Source: Hyaloraphidium curvatum SAG 235-1
Taxonomy: Eukaryota; Fungi; Monoblepharomycota
Reading direction: 5' to 3'
NCBI GenBank assembly: GCA_025558095.1
Contig: JAIVFI010000017.1
Location: 434,001-498,000, forward strand
Length of the DNA stretch: 64,000 nt
Made by a program: the position numbers and the translations under genes. The notes beneath the pieces are model-generated. The model was not told the DNA's origin and ran no database searches. It saw nothing but the letters and a program-made list of their open reading frames with translations. Below, piece by piece: positions 59,557 to 64,000 of the stretch; positions within the stretch are counted from its first letter, which is position 1, and the number at the start of each line of letters is the position of its first letter.

Positions 59557-61906
59557 ATGGACCTCCTAATCGTGCTCCTGGCCGCCCTGGCCGCTGGAGC
59601 GCTCTACGTCGTCTTCCTGATGTTCAAGTACGCCCTTTTGCCTGCCGAGCTTGTCCTGGGCTAACGCCCTTCTCTCCCATTACTAGATACCGCGGCCGGG
59701 CTGCCTTTACGCACGAGATGCCCGGCGTCCCTCAGGTCGAAAACGCTCTTCCCCTCATCGGTCACCTCGTCGTGAGTCCTCCCACTATCGGCTGCTGCGG
59801 CAGGAAGGCAGCCACACGCGCCATGCGGCTGGCCGAGAAGGCAGCTGTGGGCCCAACGGCTCGGCGTCCAGTGCCTAGCCGCCGCAAGGAGAATACGGCT
59901 CACCAGCTTGGCATCCATCACAGCACTTTGGCAACATCTCTCCCTACATCCACGAGAAGTTCCGCGAATGGGAGAAGGAGTATCAGGTCGCCCGCCTCAA
60001 CTTCTGGATGCCAGCTTTGGCCCATCTCGACTCGGTAATCGTTTTTTCCCCCAAGGACCTGGAGACGGTGCTGCGCGACCCGTACACTTTCGTGAAGGGG
60101 AAGGACAACGCTGAGATGTTCAGAGAGTTTTTCGGGTGAGTGGGCGGTGCAATCCACGCTTCTGCAATCCAGCTACATATGCCCCGACCAGGTTCGGGAT
60201 CTTTGGCACGGACGGCGAACTGTGGAAGGTGCAGCGCAAGGTTGCCTCGAACATTTTCAATGGTGAGATCGTTGGCACTCGGTTCGGCGTGCAGAAGCTG
60301 ATGTCGGCGCAGTCAAGTCTTTCAGGGACTTCTACGTTCCAGTTTTCGAGACAGATTCGATCAAGCTCCGCGGCCACCTCGAAGCCGTCGCCAAGGCCAG
60401 CCGCAGCGACCCCAAAGTTTACGTCGACGTCCAGGACCTGCTGCTCCGCTCGACCATGGATTCTTTCGTCAAGCTGGCGACGTGCGTTCGATAGCCAAAC
60501 GGGGTTCTCAATGCTAACTAGCCTTCCAGGGGATTCTACTTGGGAAACCTCGAAGGACAAGGTCAGATCGCACCAGACGGCAAGTACACCCTGCACGACG
60601 TACCGTTCTCACAGGCATTCGACAAGTATGTGTAGTTGGCCGGGTTGGTCAAATGCTTATGCACTAACTGAGCGCAGGTACAACGTGCTGACGACGAAAC
60701 GAGCTAGCAACCCGCTGTGGAAGATCACCGAGCACTTGGATGGGTCCAAGAAGGTTGCGGCCTGGGCCAACAAGACCTTGAACGAGTTCAGCCTTCGCGT
60801 CGTCAACGATAAACGTGCCAAGCTGGAGAAGGCCGGCGGCAGCAAGCCCGACGGCCAACGCTCGGACCTCCTTGATTTCTTCATGGAAACCAAGCACGAC
60901 GACGGATCGCCGATCACGACTCGCGAGCTTCAGGACATGGTCAGCCGACTGCGTGCAAGGAAACCGAAGGGTCTAACAACACACCTTAGATCGTCAACAT
61001 GGTTCTTGCTGGGCGCGACACTACTGCTCAGACCCTCAGCTGGGTCGTGTACGAGATGGACAAGCATCCCGAGATCGCCGACAAGATGCGGGCCGAGATG
61101 GACGCGGTGCTCGGCCCGGACAAGGATGCCGTCCCCAGCTACGAGCAAATCTTGAAGCTGAAGTGAGATTTGATGCACCTGCTGCAGAGCATCGCTAATG
61201 CAGATGGCGCGCCTAGGTATTGCCTCGCTGTGTTCTCGGAAACGCTCCGCCTCCACTCCAACGTCCGTGAGTTTTGACTTCTGATCTCATCCTGCAATGC
61301 TACATGCTGAATCTCATCGTCGCAGCGCTCAATTTCAAAATGGTCAATTCGGACAAGCCCATCGTGCTCGGAGGCACGGGCACCACCGTCTACCCCGGCC
61401 AGCGCATCTTCTTCCACACGTGGGCCATGGGATACAGCGAAAAGATCTGGGGACCCGACGCTGGCGAGTTCAAGCCTGAGCGATGGTTGGAATGCGCTTG
61501 AATTTCTCTGGAGCAACGCTGACTTACTGCTCGTTGTAGGATCGACGAGAAGGGTAGCGTCCGGAAGGAGGACACCTTCAAGTACCCCATGTTCAATGCC
61601 GGACCGCGCATTGTAAGTCTGGCGTTGCGTTGCAACATCGCTCTGACACGTTTGCGCCCAGTGCCTGGGGATGGACATGGCGAAGCAGGAAGCCATGGTT
61701 CTCTCGTGCACCCTCTTCCGCAAGTTCCGCCTGAAGGTGGTGAAGGAGGATGATCCCGAGAAGTGGGGTGACTTCGCGAACAGGCGCGCCCGATACGACC
61801 AGGTTCGTCTGCACTGTAAAGCAACCGCACAGCTCCTGATTTTTCGCTTCAGGGAGCCACGCTTGGTGTCAGGAAGTCCCTGGACGTCCAAGTAGTTGAG
61901 ATTTGA
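59557..61906 (+). CDS. Cytochrome P450 (fatty-acid hydroxylase-like, CYP86/704/52-type), many introns
   Basis: TM N-terminus, LPLIGH, GIFGTDGELWKVQRK, AGRDTTA, ETLR, PERW, FNAGPRI|CLG. Confidence 0.93.
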
Positions 61907-62195
61907 TCCTACTCGATCTGCTTGCGGCCTTCAGGAGCACCGAGTGCTTGGCGTACTGTTGGTTCCGGCTGGGGGCGCTGAGCGAGGCGAGGCTTGTGAA
62001 AGCCTTCTAGTTGGACTTCTTGGGGTTGGCACAGTTAGCATAGAAGAAACGTCTTCGTTTGAGATCACCTTGATGCTTGTACACGAGACCACTGGCAGCG
62101 CGGAGATTCGGAGCCATGGTTGAGGGCGTAATAAGATGCGAGGACAAACAAACAGAGCCGCCACTCTCTCCGTCCTTTTGCCCCCGCTTGCGCCA

Positions 62196-63517
62196 ATGAA
62201 CGTGGGCAAGAAGCGGAAGCATGGCTTCCTTGACAACTCAGTTGACGATTCCGGCTCCCCGCGAAACGGGACGGGGCACCACGAGGGCGCAGAGGGCCAC
62301 GTCGGGTCCTCTTCTGCCAAACCCCGAAAGAAGACCTTGAAGCTTTCTAGCCGCCGCGACGCCCTCGACGAATCGGGAGACGGGGATGTCGGCGACCAGG
62401 ATGCCGCGAGGAAGAAGCTGGAAGCCTTGCTCTCTGCCCAGCTGGACTTTGAATGGGACGCAGATATTCTGCCAGGGGACGCCGCCGCGACAACCGTCTT
62501 TGGGGAGGAGAAGCTGAACAAACGGGAGCGGAAAAGGCGGAAGCGGATGTTGGAGTCCCGTGTGGCCGCGAAGGAGAGCTCCCCGGAGCCCAACGGGCAC
62601 ATGGAGCCCGACGAGGACTCGATTCTGCGGGACGACCTTGCGGTCGGCGGTTTCGACTCGGACGGCTTCGACGTGGGCGTAGATTCGGACGACTCTGAGG
62701 ACTATGGGACTTCTGACGGGTCCGGTGGCTCGGATTCGGAAGAGGAACGGCCCGTCAATGTTCGGAAGCCGGCGCCAAAGGTCGAGGTGGTCGAGTTCCG
62801 GGATCCGTCACAACAGAGGACAACGGCATCGTCGAATCCGCTGGAATTCAAGAGTTTTATGGTGATTGACATTGGCCGGTGCTCGTTTGGAGAGGCATGT
62901 AGCTGATTTTGAGATCCCGAAAGTCCTCGAAGGTTTCCAAGACTCTCGCCGCGAACGCTCCAAAGACACCCCTTCCGACAGCGGCCGAAGCAGCTCAGGA
63001 CAAGCAGGACGACCTGCACGACAAGGAGCTCATGTCCCTGCTCCGCTCGACCCAGCTGATCGAGCAGCTCACATCTGCTGAGCTCCAGGGCGCCGAGCGG
63101 CGGTCCTACCTCGCCCAACGGGCCGTGGAACTCGGCCTCCGCCCGGAAAGGCGGCCCAAGGTGCCGCGGGCGATCCTTCAGGGGATGCGGGAGAAGGGCA
63201 AGGAGCGGGCGAAGAAGGAGATCCAGGAGCTGAAGGAGACGGGAATGCTCACCGGCTCGGCGAGGCGGAAGATCGAGGCCAGGATCGACGCTCCGAAGCG
63301 GAAGAAGAAGTTCAGGCCGCCGCCGAACGAAGTCGGGACGGTCGGGCGGATGAACAAGGAGGGCATTCTGGTGGTGAGCAAGCGGACCATCAAGCAGGTG
63401 GAGCGCGAGGGGGAGAGGGAGAAGGCGGCGCGGAAGAGAAAGAGGGATCCTTTCGGGGATTCGTCGGCGCCGAAGTCCAAGGGGAAGAAGAAGGGAGGGA
63501 AGAAGAAGCGGCGATGA
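62196..63517 (+). CDS. Faf1/DUF4602-like 40S ribosome biogenesis factor
   Basis: Acidic/basic low complexity, VEVVEF, FKSFM, DKELMSLL, KVPRAILQGMREK, VGRMNKEGILVVSK; 1 intron. Confidence 0.65.
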
Positions 63518-63596
63518 AAAGCAGTGTATGGACGGAAGGCGATTACAGGCACGCAGCGACTTCAACGGGCTCTAGCCACGGGGAAAAGGTGTTCGA

Positions 63597-64000
63597 TCAG
63601 GCGCCCTTGCTAGGAGTAGCACCGCCGGAGTGGTCCTCGTGCTCTTCGAACTCGGCCAGGGTCGCGATCGCGTTTGCGATGATCTGGCGAAACACCGAGG
63701 AGTCAGTCCAAAGTCGCCTCATGAATTCGTTCCCTATGGACACTCACAGCGTACTTGTAGTTCCCGAGATCGCGCACGGTCTTGATGTGTAGCTCGGCGA
63801 AAACCTTGTCCTTCTCCTCGCTGATCCCCTTGAGAGCCGAGGGGGGCGAGTTGAGGATCTCGGTGATGCTCTTGCTGCCGGAAGCCACGGAAAAGCAGCG
63901 AAGTTCAGAAAAAATCCTTTTCGTTAGAGCATCCACGTACTGGGCGTGCTCGTGATCCACGATCTTGTTCACGTTTGCGTGGCTCTGCTCGGGCCGCTTG
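63597..64000 (-). CDS. Small hypothetical protein (helix-hairpin-helix-like), 5' end outside window
   Basis: NKIVDHEH..KSITEILNSPPSALKGIS..LHIKTVRDLGNYKYA|..IIANAIATLAEFE; 2 introns; stop 63597-63599. Confidence 0.65.

Noticed and set aside
52606-61906. Possible secondary-metabolite cluster (aldolase, 2OG oxygenase, P450)
   Set aside because: No backbone synthase, and the genes are interleaved with unrelated Kelch, serpin-like and ribosome-biogenesis genes

Overview
GC-rich, gene-dense eukaryotic DNA with many short (~50-150 nt) GT-AG introns, consistent with an early-diverging (chytrid/monoblepharid-type) fungus; the taxon is an inference from gene content and style. About 32 protein-coding loci were identified. 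Housekeeping and conserved genes: PRP19, COG0523 GTPase, GLTP, SMP3/PIGZ, carnitine acyltransferase, PDR-type ABC transporter, methionine synthase reductase, FAF1-like, cytochrome P450 and a 2OG-Fe(II) oxygenase. Several genes look bacterial or algal (RraA, minimal serpin-like, cyanobacterial/algal-type GST, membrane-anchored SET), and there is a patch of decaying duplicates at about 29 kb and 36-38 kb. The most notable signals are: (1) a decayed, intron-containing Fanzor/TnpB-like RNA-guided nuclease gene at about 50.0-52.4 kb with a candidate omegaRNA region behind it; (2) an intron at 57428-57481 that is visibly a tandem duplicate of its own upstream exon, suggesting intron gain by tandem duplication; (3) a lipid-anchored stathmin-like protein; (4) a pair of DFN-motif kinases plus an orphan copied fragment. 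No tRNA, rRNA or CRISPR array was recognised. All exon boundaries were read by eye and no database searches were run.
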